DNA of 63,679 bases, the filler included, from Octopus bimaculoides (lineage: Eukaryota): NCBI RefSeq assembly GCF_001194135.2. It is 5 parts of 5 records of this genome, joined end to end, with 100 filler letters (N's around TTAATTAATTAA, not from the genome) between each part and the next. Parts side by side here need not be neighbours in the genome. Positions count along the whole stretch, not along the records: positions 21,197 to 41,373 come from NC_068987.1; positions 41,474 to 56,168 come from NC_069004.1; 3 more parts are not named here. The stretch is one strand, 5' to 3'. The notes below the pieces were generated by a model. The model did not search any database. It was not told the DNA's origin and was given only the letters and a program-made list of their open reading frames with translations. Below are positions 38,533-51,238 of this stretch, one piece after another; positions within the stretch are counted from its first letter, which is position 1, and each line of letters starts with the position of its first letter. Position numbers and translations under genes: made by a program.

Positions 38533-39937
38533 TTGTTTATTTGCGATGGAACTGGCTTTGAGTTTTATACTCTCTACAAATGTTGTTGCGGATGATGTCT
38601 TTATGCTGCTGTTTATCTGTTTTGCTGCTGTTACGGTTGAAGTTGTTGTTGCTGCTGCTGTTGCCGTTGTTGCTGTTATTGTTTTTGTTGTTGTTGTTGA
38701 CATCGTCGTGGTCGTTGTTGTTGTTTAAACCTTGTGTACCCTTGTGTTGAAAGCTATTCTATTCGTGACCTTCTAACCCCTTTGTGAAATCGCTATGTCA
38801 TTTCCAAATGTGTGCTTCCCTTGTTTTTTTTTTGTTTTTTTTTTATTATTTCAATACACTGCAGATATGATTTGAAGTAGATTTAGCTTTTATTTCTAGC
38901 CAGTCGACCGATCAAAAGAGACTCCTCAAGTTGTTATTGATATTCTGTTATTTAACATCAAGTCATACACAACTGAGCATAAAAATTACCAAAGATGCTT
39001 CAAGTGTGACCTACTCTGTGTTTTTTCAGAGTACGCTGTCCAACATGTAATTCATATTTTATTGAGACAATGTGTAAGTTGAGAAAGAATTTGGCTGCTA
39101 GTTCAAACAAGTCGAACGGCTTTACAGAACCTCCGACAACTTTTTGGGACATTCCCGTCTTCGTTAATTTCAAGTCGTTATTGTTGCTGTGTTGTGATAG
39201 TGATGATGGTGTTCGTGTTTTACATGTGGACAAGTACAAACACTGCTTTAGCCGAAATACTTGCAGTCAAAAGTGTTTATGTAACGACTGTCATCCTTCT
39301 GTATGACATAACATATCTTGATCTACAATATTTTCATTGTCCCTCTAGAAGGTCTCTTTTGTTATCTGAGTGAAATGTTACTGTTATTTTTAGCGAAATG
39401 AATGACCATGTATAGACCACATCAGGGGCTTGATGCCTTCTGCTATTTTCAAATAATATATTTGACAAGATTTACTTCATACTATTATAGTCCCGTCATT
39501 CATGGAAGAGATGGAACCTACTTTCACCATAGGCTAAGTTTGTGGCATGTTTTCGATCTAAAAATAAGATTAAGCTCACGTCTAATCAAAGATATTCCAC
39601 TCATGATAATCTCCTGTTTTATGATACCAGCGACTTTCAGTAAGACAAAAGGATGCGATTTCTGGGATATGTGGCGAGGTGTAACTATTTTTAGCAGATC
39701 AAGTGACCTCGTTGTTCGATATTATATTTTTCATAGCCACAGTAGATAAAGTAATCAATTCTTACCGAAAGCAAGGTTATAAGGAATGCGAAGTTATTAC
39801 TTGAAAAAGACCGAATGACTGAGGCGAATGATACTAATTTGCGGAAAGAGGCCTCACAAGGCCTCTGAAAACAGGTTGCGGTCCGCTCTCGTTCTCACAG
39901 AATCAACCAGAGCAAATCAGACCGAGAGAAAGTAAAA

Positions 39938-39939
<2 letters not shown>

Positions 39940-40000
<61 letters not shown>

Positions 40001-40028
40001 CAGCAGCAGAAGCAGCAGCAACAGCAGC

Positions 40029-40085
<57 letters not shown>
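39940..40085. repeat. (GTA)n-(GCA)n-(GTA)n microsatellite
   Basis: Direct inspection. Confidence 0.95.
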
Positions 40086-40086
<1 letters not shown>

Positions 40087-40249
40087 ACAACGACAATAGT
40101 AACAACAGCAATAAAAGCAGCAACACCGTACAGGACTACTAAACATCACATTATTTTATAAGAAAAAAGTTTAATAAAAAATTCCAACAACTCTGGAAAT
40201 ATTGCTCACCATAGCTAAGAAGGGACTCAGCAACATGCTTAGAAGTTGC

Positions 40250-41150
40250 AAGCATTTGGAAAAGTACTGGGAATGAGAAAGTTCCCAATTTATGACCGAA
40301 ACGCCCGCCAGTATTCATAAATTTGTAGCTGCATCATTCTGTGATATTATAAGCAGACGACAACCAATGCGTGAATGGCTGCAGTTGAGGAAAACGGCAT
40401 TGTTTCTAATGAAACAAAATAGTCGAGAACTCCCATCTCCTTAAAAAAAATAAATAAACCTGCAGGATTTTCTAACAATTTACAAATCACGTCTATTACT
40501 CATACTCAGCACCAGGTTGGTTGCTCATCTGGAAAGCAATAATATCTCACTTTAGGAGCAGAGAATATGCCGGAAAGGGACGTTTGGCTATAAAGAGTAG
40601 CTAATGGTGAAACGGGCAACTATAAAAGCAAAAAAAAAAACGAGGAAAACACAAAGTCGCAAGGCATAAATTGATTACCAAAAAGCATTTGATAGTACAG
40701 AACACACTTGTTGGAGGTGAAAGTCCATAAAAATAAACTCTACGGTACATTAACAAAGCTATGTCAAAATGGGAAAATAGCTATATTACTGCATGACAAA
40801 ATGAAGATGGTAAAAACCAGCATTCATACCCAAAAGCCGAGAAATCATTCATAGTGATTCTTTGTCCTCTCTACACGTCTGCCTGGTTCTGAATCTAATA
40901 AAATATCTAATTAACGAAAATACCATTGATTGTTAAGTGTACGTAGAAATTATGAACTTCATCCTGTGTATGGATGATTTAAAATTATTTACAAGGCGCC
41001 AATATAACCTACTAAAAATTATTCATGAATTCAAGCAAGATATACAAATGCGATTTAAAGTAAGTGTGGGATTATGCAAAGCAACTAAGGGATTAAGTTG
41101 ACCCTTTCTATGAACTGTGACACATAGAAAGGAGCAAATCAACTGAAAAT
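40250..41150 (+). mobile_element. Decayed RLE-type LINE reverse-transcriptase fragment
   Basis: A*IDYQKAFDS (~40665), HSDSLSSLHVCLVLN (cf. QGDSLSPL.FCL.LN, ~40850) and NFILCMDDLKLF (~40955) occur in correct RT order. Confidence 0.78.
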
Positions 41151-41318
41151 GAGATTATCAAATTAGATTCAGACATTAAAATAAAAAAAATCATGCTAGA
41201 ATCCCCCATAGAATAACCGAGTAATAAATGAGACCGAAATTAAAACGAGTCAGGTTAATATATGTATGTGTGTATGTATAGAGTTCCTCACAACCTTGGC
41301 TTTGTTATCTCTTTTGTC

Positions 41319-41373
<55 letters not shown>

Positions 41374-41473
41374 NNNNNNNNNNNNNNNNNNNNNNNNNNN
41401 NNNNNNNNNNNNNNNNNTTAATTAATTAANNNNNNNNNNNNNNNNNNNNNNNNNNNNNNNNNNNNNNNNNNNN

Positions 41474-41860
41474 CTGTCACACCTGCCCCTTCATCACCAA
41501 TACTACCTCTGTCACAGGGTCCAACCTACACACTCTCCGCATCCTACACAGTTTCTCATGCACCTCCTCTAACCTAATCTACTGCATCAGATGCAACTTA
41601 TGTGACAAACTATATGTGGGTCAGACAAGCCGCCGGCTTGCCGACCGTTCACCGAACACCTAAGGGTTCAGCTAGATTCGGACTCACCCGTCACCCGTCA
41701 TTTCCACTTGGCCAACCACTTCCCCTCTAACATCTCCGTTTTTGGCCTCGCTCTGCACCACGGATCCACTCCCACGCGACTCCACCTGGAACAGCGCTAT
41801 ATTTTCAAATTATGAACAGCTTTCCCCTTTGGACTCAACACGGCCCCCTACTTCTTATGA
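41474..41860 (+). mobile_element. Penelope-like element GIY-YIG endonuclease C-terminus (one frameshift, one stop)
   Basis: CHTCPFI...FSCTSSNLIYCIRCNLCDKLYVGQTSRRLADR/TEHL...VTRHFH...H...ISVFGL...RLHLEQRYIFKL*TAFPFGLN. Confidence 0.9.
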
Positions 41861-42009
41861 CAGTCTCCCCTACGACGAAGCAACACTTTTTTCATTTTTA
41901 AATTTTTCCATGTTGTTTTTTTTATATTAATCCCCTTTACCCCTTATCCAATTTACTTTATTTCAATTATTCACTATTTTATTACAATTATTCACTATTT
42001 ATTTCATTT

Positions 42010-43995
42010 CTTCATACACGTACACATACTCACACACACGAAAAACACACGCACCCGTATACACACATGAACGCACACATACCTCCCACACACCACGCAC
42101 ACACAACACATATGCATGCACTTACACGCTCAGATTCATCCACACACATATACAAACGCACATACACACACACACACTTGCGCGCGCACACACGCAAGCA
42201 CGCACGCATACATATACATACACACACACCCATGCACACACATACCCATGCATACATAACCCATATATACCCCCATTCACATACACCTCCCACACACCTG
42301 TCATATATCGCCCATATACCTGACAGCACGCATGACAAACATACATGCGCGCTCATACACACATATAGACGAACGCACACATATATACACACATATACAC
42401 GCACAGTGGTGCACACACACCTACTCACACAACCCTACACACACACAGACACACACACCAATATATACGCGCACACATAAACGTACACGCCTACACATAA
42501 TCACAAACACATACACACACAGCCACATACATATACACGCACACAGAAGTGCATACACGCAATAAAACGCACACATACTTGACACACATCTCTACGCTCA
42601 CACACACACATAGGCACGCACACATACACATATACACACGCACACACACACATATACACACGCACATGCACACACGCACACACATATACACACTCATACA
42701 CACATACACACTCGCACACGCACGCACAATACACAACACACTCACACAGACACGCATACAATTACACACACATGGGCATAACACACGCACATGTACGCAC
42801 GTACGTAAGCAAACGCACGCACACACACTCACACACACACTACACAGGAACGCACATATACACAACATACACACACACGCACGCACACATACCTCCCACA
42901 TACACAACACACACTCACACAGACACGCATACAATTACACACGCATGAGCATAAATAACACATGCACATGCAAGCACGTACAGAAGCAAACGCACACACA
43001 CACACACATACACAAGAACGCACATATACACAACATACACACACATACACACACGCGCACGCACAAAAAATATACACAATATACACATACACACACACGC
43101 GTGCACGCACAAAAGAATATACACACGCACATACACACATACAGACACACATATATACACACACGCACACGTAACTAACACTCACAATCCCACACACACG
43201 CATACGCTTATCCACACACAAACACATATACACACGCACACACCCACATACACATACACACGCACACACACACGCACACATTCATGCACACACACGCACA
43301 TACACATACACACACATACGTGCATAGGCGCGAAAAAACGCACATATACCTCCACACACAACCCCCCGTCTACACACACACTCACATACACATCACACGC
43401 ACACACACATACATATGCACACACACATACACATGCACGCACACACAAAAACACATACACACACATGTACAAACGAACTCACATACACACACGCAAAGGA
43501 ACCCACACATAACTCACATACACAACAAACACTAATACATACACGCACCTAAGTATACACACATGGATTTACACACATACGCACATACACGCACACACAC
43601 ACACAAAATAGCCCACATGCGATCCAGAGACCAAAGCGCACGCATATACACACACACGTACACACACATATATATACACATACACACACGCACACACAGA
43701 AACAGGCACACACTGCAAGAAAAACACACTCACACAACATACACATACACGCACACACATACTTAAAAACTGCTTGCTCACTTTCTACTGACCAAACTCC
43801 ACAACCACTCCCAAATAATTCCTTCTACAACGTTAANNNNNNNNNNACACACACACACATACACACACACACACACGCACTAACAGATAAACAGCCAAAC
43901 CACACACACGCACACACATACGAACATACACGTGCTGTTATTACACACACACACACACGGATCCGCGCGCACGCACACATACACACCTCCCTCTC
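42010..43995. repeat. ~2 kb degenerate CA-rich satellite with internal ~170-bp tandem duplication
   Basis: acacaacacactcacacagacacgcatacaattacacac occurs near 42730 and 42903. Source of the H/T- and C/V-rich ORFs. Confidence 0.85.
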
Positions 43996-44125
43996 GCACT
44001 CTCCTGTCTTAGAAAGAACTTTTTCTCCACCCTTTCCCTTCCGGTCATTCCACAATGTAACCTCATGTATATCGTTGGCGATTTTTTCTTCCTCCGTCTT
44101 CCCTTCTTTGGACTTTCCTTTAATT

Positions 44126-44157
44126 CCGAAGAGGAGCTCTGCTCGAAACGTCAAATT
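44126..44157 (+). ncRNA. Hammerhead-like motif with core mutation (probable PLE terminal repeat)
   Basis: CCGAAGA G GAGC-TCT-GCTC GAAA CG TC. U4 is replaced by C and stem I is weak; lies downstream of the GIY-YIG ORF on the same strand. Confidence 0.55.
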
Positions 44158-47077
44158 CTCTTTCTTTCCATATATATGTGCATGTATGCAGGTAGCTGAG
44201 TATGTTTCTATGTATGTTTTGCGTAAGTACATAATGTACTTGTTAAATACACGTTTACACGTGTACAGTTATATCTATATCTACATATATATGTGTTCAT
44301 GTATACACACAGACAGGCATACATGCATATATCTACATACATATGCACATATATGCATATGTCCATATGCAAAATGTCAGCTGCCCCCAAATTCCAAGTT
44401 TTTCCACTTTACTTTTGTTCAATCATTATCCACAGATCAAACACGAATAAACAAAGAAAATATACTCATACAAGAATGCAAACCACAACTGAATAAACTT
44501 TAACAATGTACATTCACCAACAATTACTCAGACACAATTACTTTCTGCCATTTGACACGTTGAGTTTACATAGACAACAACCTTAACTTTAAGGACAATC
44601 ATGACTTTTTCTCACATGATACTAACCCACAAATTCAGTGGACAACAGAATCTTATTTCTACGAACATATAAAAGAATCTTATTTCATTCAGTCACTGGA
44701 TATACTAAATTTACAAAGTGTTGTGGTAATAGACATTAACACCACTGTGTGATTAAAAGGTGGACGCGTCGAACTCTTATAAAGAGTAACGTGTCTCGTC
44801 GTCGACACTACAAGAAAGCTGGTAGTCGGAAGTTACGTCTGTGAATACATTGCTTTACTCTTGCTTCGTTAAAGTCATATATCCGCAACCAAGGATATAA
44901 AAGTGGCGACGAGATATTCGAAGCTTACGTCGGACGGTCAAATTTTTTATACGAAACCAAAGAAATTAATCGTTAACATGGAGGATTTATTGACCTGCAT
45001 GATACAGTTGCAACAGCAACAGCAATAGTTGCTGGAATTAACGTTGAAGAAGTCTGAAAGTATTTCAGGGTGCATGTACGCATGTGTGCCTGTTGGCAGG
45101 TATGTGTATATTTACGTACGTGGATGTGAATGTGTATGTATGTGTGTATATGTGTATATACATCTCTGTACATACACATATAACATAGAGATGTACATGT
45201 ATAACATCTCCAATGTAGGTTGCATACTATAGCTGGCGAAAGCCGAGAATAGGAAAAAACACTCAAAGAAAAATTGCATGATGGAATAGAGACATATGAC
45301 AACGTGGGGAGTATGCTCTCTGAACATCTACAAATGCACTCGTCGTTGCAACATCTGCGAAAGAGTGTAAGTTTCTAGGATAACTAAAAAAAAAAAAAAA
45401 GTCATATGCGTCCTGCTCGTGTTTAAGGGAACAATCAAACAATTGCATTACTCGAAATCAAACTGCAGCCATATACATATGTATATGTGTCTTTGTGTAT
45501 GAAGTTATTATTTTCCTCAAATCACATCCATTGTATTAAGAATCTCAGAATACTGATAAAATCCAAGCTGTAAAAAATCTGGGATGGTCATGGTTGAAAT
45601 ATATTGTTGGATGGCAGCGCTAAGCAGTGATATGTATAAATACAAACTTACTACCAGTTCAAATATGCTTGGTTCAAATATTTGAAGCCGTAAGAAAGCC
45701 ATTCTCTGTGTATTGTCATGGAGAAAATTAACAAATGGCGTAGATACACCTAAATTCAGTTCGTTGTGCCACCTACCCAGACAGTGAGATGCAAGCATTT
45801 CAGAGTGATTATCTCTTCAGTCACAGAAACCGGACAGAGTGCGCTGCGAACTAATAAAAGATCTTACTCATCGTACAATGACTGATAGCGCTAATCTATA
45901 TGCTTTCGATCATTGGTATGCACAACTGAAGCTGAGCTGAGCGCTAAAAATGTAGCAACAACTGCATATAAAAGGATGTAATTTGTTTTCGGCGAATTGG
46001 GACAACTACATTCTCAAAGCTAGAGATCAGAAAATCGCACCTATTTGTTTCACCGCTTATCTGCTTCCCTTGATTCTGGTCGACCAAAGCTGACATGACA
46101 ATAAACGTCAGACAAAAGCTTAGTTGCAGCTTTGTCGTTTATCCCTCGAGTCGTTATTATCAAGTGAATAGCTATACAACACCGATTACCGCCGCCGCTA
46201 TAATCTTCTCCACGTCAACTACAAACACATTCATCACTATAATGAACCAGCTTGACTAGCAGGAAATAGCAGCTAATTCATTCTAAGGAATGTGCATTAG
46301 TTAATGTAGTACTAGATAGACTTAGGTCTAAATATAAAACAGAATGGCTTGGACTGGAATATTTATGTTCATAGGTCTGCTCAACTAGAGTTAATTTGAG
46401 ACTTGACATCATCAGCATCATCATCATCATCATCATCATCATCAACAACAACAACAACGATTACAACAGCAGCTACAACGACTATATGACGGAACGTTTA
46501 GTATTCTCCTGAAGGTGTGACAAGGATCTAAGGTTCGTACCTCAGTCGTCCTCATCAATAATCTTTCTGCCATATCTCAACTTGATTAGGGTTCATTTGG
46601 GGTTGCATAAAAACAACTTTAAACTGTATTAATCTTAGTCTTCAACTTTTACAATAATGTATTCCTTGGTCTTTCTATTTAAGAGATTTTTTTTTTGTCA
46701 CTTATATTTTACACTGACCATTGTACTATTCTTGCTTTTCCAACGTTTGCTAACATATTTGGCTACTTTGCTGAATAACGGAGGATGTCTAAAAGCAAAT
46801 AGTAAAATTTATAACGTAAGTGACTGTGGGTGAGAGAAAGAAAGAAAGAAAGAGAGGAGAGAAATAGTGTGAATGTGAGGAGAGAAATAGTGTGAAAGGA
46901 AAACAAGAGAAAAAATAAGGAAAAATAGTAAAAGTAGAGAGAAATATATTGACAGTAAAGAAAAACAATTGGTTATTGTTTAAAATAAAAACCATCAAAT
47001 ACTATAACAATAGAATAAAACTGGAATTACACTACAATAGAATACAATAGAAAAAAATATGTGAAAAGAAAGCACAA

Positions 47078-47161
47078 TAGAAAATCTGTTCAAGATTCTA
47101 GAAAATCTGTTCAAGATTCTAGAAAATCTGTTCAAGATTCTAGAAAATCTGTTCAAGATTC
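47078..47161. repeat. 21-bp minisatellite x4 (tagaaaatctgttcaagattc)
   Basis: Four exact contiguous copies with no spacers. Confidence 0.95.
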
Positions 47162-47972
47162 CATAGACAAATTCAAGTTTATTTTTCTAATTATGAGAAA
47201 AGGTGCGAGCTCATAGTAATTGATAGTCGGCTATGAATTGCAACAGAAAGGGAAGAAAGAAGGGTTTGTTGAATATAGGAATAAAAAGACAGTATTAGAG
47301 AGAAAAAGAGGAAGAAAAGAAAACAAAAAGGAACTGGGGCTGATGATGAGTTAAGATGTATTTACAGAACAGGTTAAACTGATCAGTGCGTAAAGAATAA
47401 AATAAATGATAATATAGTTGAAATATGCACAGGATAAAATTTACAGCTGTTCATTCAACACACGCACGCGCATGCACTGAGAGAGAAAGAGAGAGTGGGA
47501 GAAAAGGGTATGAGAAAAATTCATTAACAATTTTTAGTCTTCAGCGAAATATTTATTGAAAAACTCTCAACTATTGGCAGGGCCGGATTAAGAGGCCCTA
47601 AGCACCTAAAAGATTTTGGTGCCCTCATATATATGTAATTCAAAATATAAGCAACAATAAACCATAGAATAAATTTTTATTTTCCAAAATGAAACAAAAT
47701 AGTAAGACGGAAAATGACGCTTATTTTGTATACTACCACTTTATTTATATTTGCAAAGTGTTCTCTTCTTTAATTGCAAAGTATTTTTGCCAAATCCTCA
47801 TTATGACACAATGAACACTTCGAAATTATATTTCTGATCGTATAAACTACTTCAAATATCATTTTAACAAGTTTAAAGTAAATTTTTTTTTTTTTTTTTT
47901 TGTGTCGTAAGCGATTTACCATTTCTGTGGTACCCACCATCCCTTGATGCTCCAAATTCGAGTTTATTTTGC

Positions 47973-49312
47973 GGATCTTTTCCTTTTGGCCGGCACATAT
48001 AAAGAATAATTTTTTTGGAACTAAACACTTTCAAATTTCGTATACTGGTAGAATGTGTCCTTTAAAACATCATTTACTCTTGGCGTTTTTAAGAAAATTC
48101 TTTATTTTTGAAGTTATTTCGTGTTAAAGTTGTCGTATTTCGATAATTTCAACCAATTAATGACGTCTATTGAGGTGAAAACAATTTCTGCTGTGGTTTG
48201 TCAACAAGACGTATATNNNNNNNNNNNNNNNNNNNNNNNNNNNNNNNNNNNNNNNNNNNNNNNNNNNNNNNNNNNNNNNNNNNNNNNNNNNNNNNNNNNN
48301 NNNNNNNNNNNNNNNNTATTTCTGATATATTTACATTTGAGATATATGTGTGTATAGTTTAATCAATTCAGTTATTAGTTATTTAAAAAAATTTTTCAGT
48401 TTATTTTGTTTGTGGAAGTATTTTCGTTTTGTTTTAGCGTTTTCGAAATTGCCTATTTTGGGATCCTTTCCCTTGAATAAAATTACTGCCGTTGTTTGTC
48501 AACAACAACTATCGGCGGTATATATTTCGTTTGTCACTGTTATTTATGACATCGTTCGTGCGTTTGTACTGGTTTTAGCTTTAGGGTTTTAGGGTTAGGG
48601 TTAGGGTTTTAGAGTTAGGGTTAGGGTTTTAGGGTCAGGGCTAGGGTTTTAGGGTTAGGGATAGTTTTAGAGTTAGGGTTAGGGTTAGGGTTTTAGGGTT
48701 AGGGCTTTAGGGTTAGGTTTTAAAGTTAGGGTTAGGGTTTTAGAGTTAGGGTTAGGGTTAGGGTTGGGGTCTTGAGTTAGGGTTAGGGTTAGGGTTAGGG
48801 TTGAGATTTTAGGGTTAGAGTTACGAAAAAATGTGAAAAATGAAGAAATTGGACGGGGAAGGCGGAAGGGGGCAAAAATGTCTTTCCGAAAATAGAAGCT
48901 GAAAAAAACCCTAACCTAACCCTAACTTTAAAACCCTATCCCTAACCCTAAAACCCTAACCCTAAAACCCTAACCCTAATCCTAACCCTAAAACCCTAAA
49001 GCTAAAACCAGTACAAGCGTACGAACGATGTCATAAATAACAGTGACAAACGAAATTGTTGTTGAATTTCGGAAGCTGTTGTTGACAAACAATAGCAGTA
49101 ATTGTTTTCACCTCAATAGACGTCATTGATTGGTTGAAATTACTGAAATACGACAACTTTAACACGAAATAACTTCGAAAATAAAGAATTTTCTTAAAAA
49201 CGCCAAGAGTAAATGATGCTTTAAATGACACATTCTACCAGTATACGAAATTTGAAAGTGTTTAGTTACAAAAAATTATTTTTTCTATGTACCGGCCAAA
49301 AGGAAAGGATCC
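47973..49312. mobile_element. Foldback DNA transposon with 8-bp TSD and inverted telomeric arrays
   Basis: GGATCttttccttttggccgg ... ccggccaaaaggaaagGATCC. TSD TATTTTGC at 47965-47972 and 49313-49320. Arms 47973-48210 and 49075-49312 are near-identical reverse complements. Confidence 0.92.
48573..49008. repeat. (TTAGGG/TTTTAGGG)n - spacer - (CCCTAA/CCCTAAAA)n inverted telomere-like arrays
   Basis: G-rich array ~48573-48822, C-rich array ~48907-49008. Confidence 0.95.
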
Positions 49313-50122
49313 TATTTTGCTTAATAGTTAATCTAGTGCTGACTATTAGGGAGTCTTAGGTATAAAATTCGGATTTTAAAGGAGAGCTGTAAATATCTAT
49401 AAAATACTTATAGAATGTTGGGAAATTTTCAAAAGACTGAAGTCTAAAGAAATTCAGAGGAAAACTACCAATAAAATTGCAATGAAGTTAGCCTGTAAGT
49501 AGGATAGAGTTTCTAATGAAAAATTGTTATGATGTTGGTATTTCAAAATTAGCTCATTTCTTAAATTTAGTCCATAATGTACGAATTCAATAGTCATTGA
49601 AAAGGTTGCAAGTAGCAACGAAAGAGCTTTGACAAACAAAAACAAAAGAAATGACTTACTGTTTAACCAAATTAAACAAACAATCGATCAGATATTTAAC
49701 CAATTGACTTATAATAACAGAGTGGAATTGAACCAGTGCGTGTGTTAATAATATTGGCATAAAGACCTTCCCTAGACACAACAAAATATGTTTCAACACA
49801 CGAATTCACATAAAGAATCTTGCAAGCCAGATACTGAAACGAAGTTAAATTTAACAGATTTACGGGAAACGTCAAAATAAAATTTATTGATACTTAAGAG
49901 GAACGGTCCAGATGCTCTTGAATAATGTGTTCATTTATACCATAGTATAATAAAGCTGTAATCTTTTAATAGCCATGCACACTGTGTGTGTTAGAGAGGG
50001 AGGCTCTGCTTCTTTCGTTCGGATATGTAAAAGAATTTGTACCGTCTTCGTATGCATGCTTTTTTATCGTAATATGGTTTTAATACCGTTTACTTTAAGT
50101 CATAACTTTTTGCTTTCCTTGT

Positions 50123-50178
50123 CTTCTTCTTCTTCTTCTTCTTCTTCTTCTTCTTCTTCTTCTTCTTCTTCTTCTTCT

Positions 50179-50225
<47 letters not shown>

Positions 50226-50288
50226 TTCTTCTTCTTCTTCTTCTTCTTCTTCTTCTTCTTCTTCTTCTTCTTCTTCTTCTTCTTCTTC
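50123..50288. repeat. (TTC)n microsatellite
   Basis: Direct inspection. Confidence 0.98.
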
Positions 50289-51039
50289 ACATACACAAGC
50301 GCACAGACATATACGCATACATGTATGCATACATAAATGCATATAGTAATTGTCTGCTCCTTATGCAGAGTTTGACCGTAGATCTATCATGGTGTCTGAT
50401 GTGACTGTTTAAGACACCCACATAAATTGTATATACATACATACACACACTCACTTACATATATTGGTAGGTAGATATTATCTGCAATCTCAGGGGATAG
50501 GTATGTAAACGAGAAATATGGTACTCAACACGTGAGAGTTAAAGATATTTATTAACAGGTTGACTCAATCTCATATTAGTTTCGAAGGTACGTGAGATCA
50601 TTGTCTTGCTCCTCAGACATATAGGGACCGAGTGTACACGCATTCAAACACAAGCAGACGCGCGCACGTTACGAGCTTCCCAATGAGTTTTATTAAATTC
50701 TACCCACACAGTGTTTTAAATTTAATAAATTTTAATTAAAATTTGGAGCTTGCTCCCTGACTTATTTTGCGTTTTTGCCCATATTAGTCATTTAGATAAT
50801 GACTATTTTCATTAGAAAGAGTAAATGTAATTTTACATAAATAAAACTTCTTGGCTTGCTACATCTTGCACCCACTTTATTGGTTGTGCATACATTTTAG
50901 TTATATATTTATCTTCATCTTTTTTAATCTTATCCTAGAGCGGTGGACTCTTCTGTCATTAATGACAGATGAGGTTTCTGCGTCTTTTTACTGAGTAACT
51001 TGTACAGATGGTTTCCTTATAATGATTAAATGCTTATGC

Positions 51040-51238
51040 TGTACATTAGCTTAATCCCTGCATCAAACTGGCATTAGTTGAACAGTTGCACGGTGTATTA
51101 CACATCAGATGTCAAAGTGATCGTCGAGTAACGTGAAATGAAGTGTTTTGCTTTAAAAAAATGCACAGCATCTCCATGAACCGAAAGCACGATCTTGTGG
51201 TTATGTGTGTAACACTTTAACCACTAAGCCACGTGCCT
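51040..51238 (-). mobile_element. SINE with C1-type head/body and a different tail
   Basis: rc aggcacgtggcttagtggttaaagtg...aaagcaaaacacttcatttcacgtt matches 23904-24020, then diverges. Confidence 0.7.

Larger units (their letters stand above)
47578..49341. mobile_element. hAT-like non-autonomous element hosting the nested foldback element
   Basis: Left end CAGGGCCGGATTAA; degenerate right end TTAATCTAGTGCTG; flanks ACTATTGG (47570-47577) and ACTATTAG (49342-49349) form a 7/8 TSD. Confidence 0.6.

Noticed and set aside
39083-39375. ~97-codon open frame with a hydrophobic stretch (CCCVVIVMMVFVF)
   Set aside because: Hydrophobicity derives from a GTT/GAT low-complexity patch; no homology recognised.
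42549-43281. 209-aa His/Thr-rich and 150-aa Cys/Val-rich ORFs
   Set aside because: Products of the degenerate CA satellite.
44895-44915. PBS-like TGGCGACGAG after a possible LTR end
   Set aside because: No gag ORF follows and no matching LTR is found in the window.
45517-45798. 93-aa hydrophobic ORF resembling a GPCR segment
   Set aside because: No recognisable family motif, no extension or splice support.
47078-47161. CRISPR-like array
   Set aside because: Contiguous 21-bp tandem copies with no spacers; eukaryotic context.
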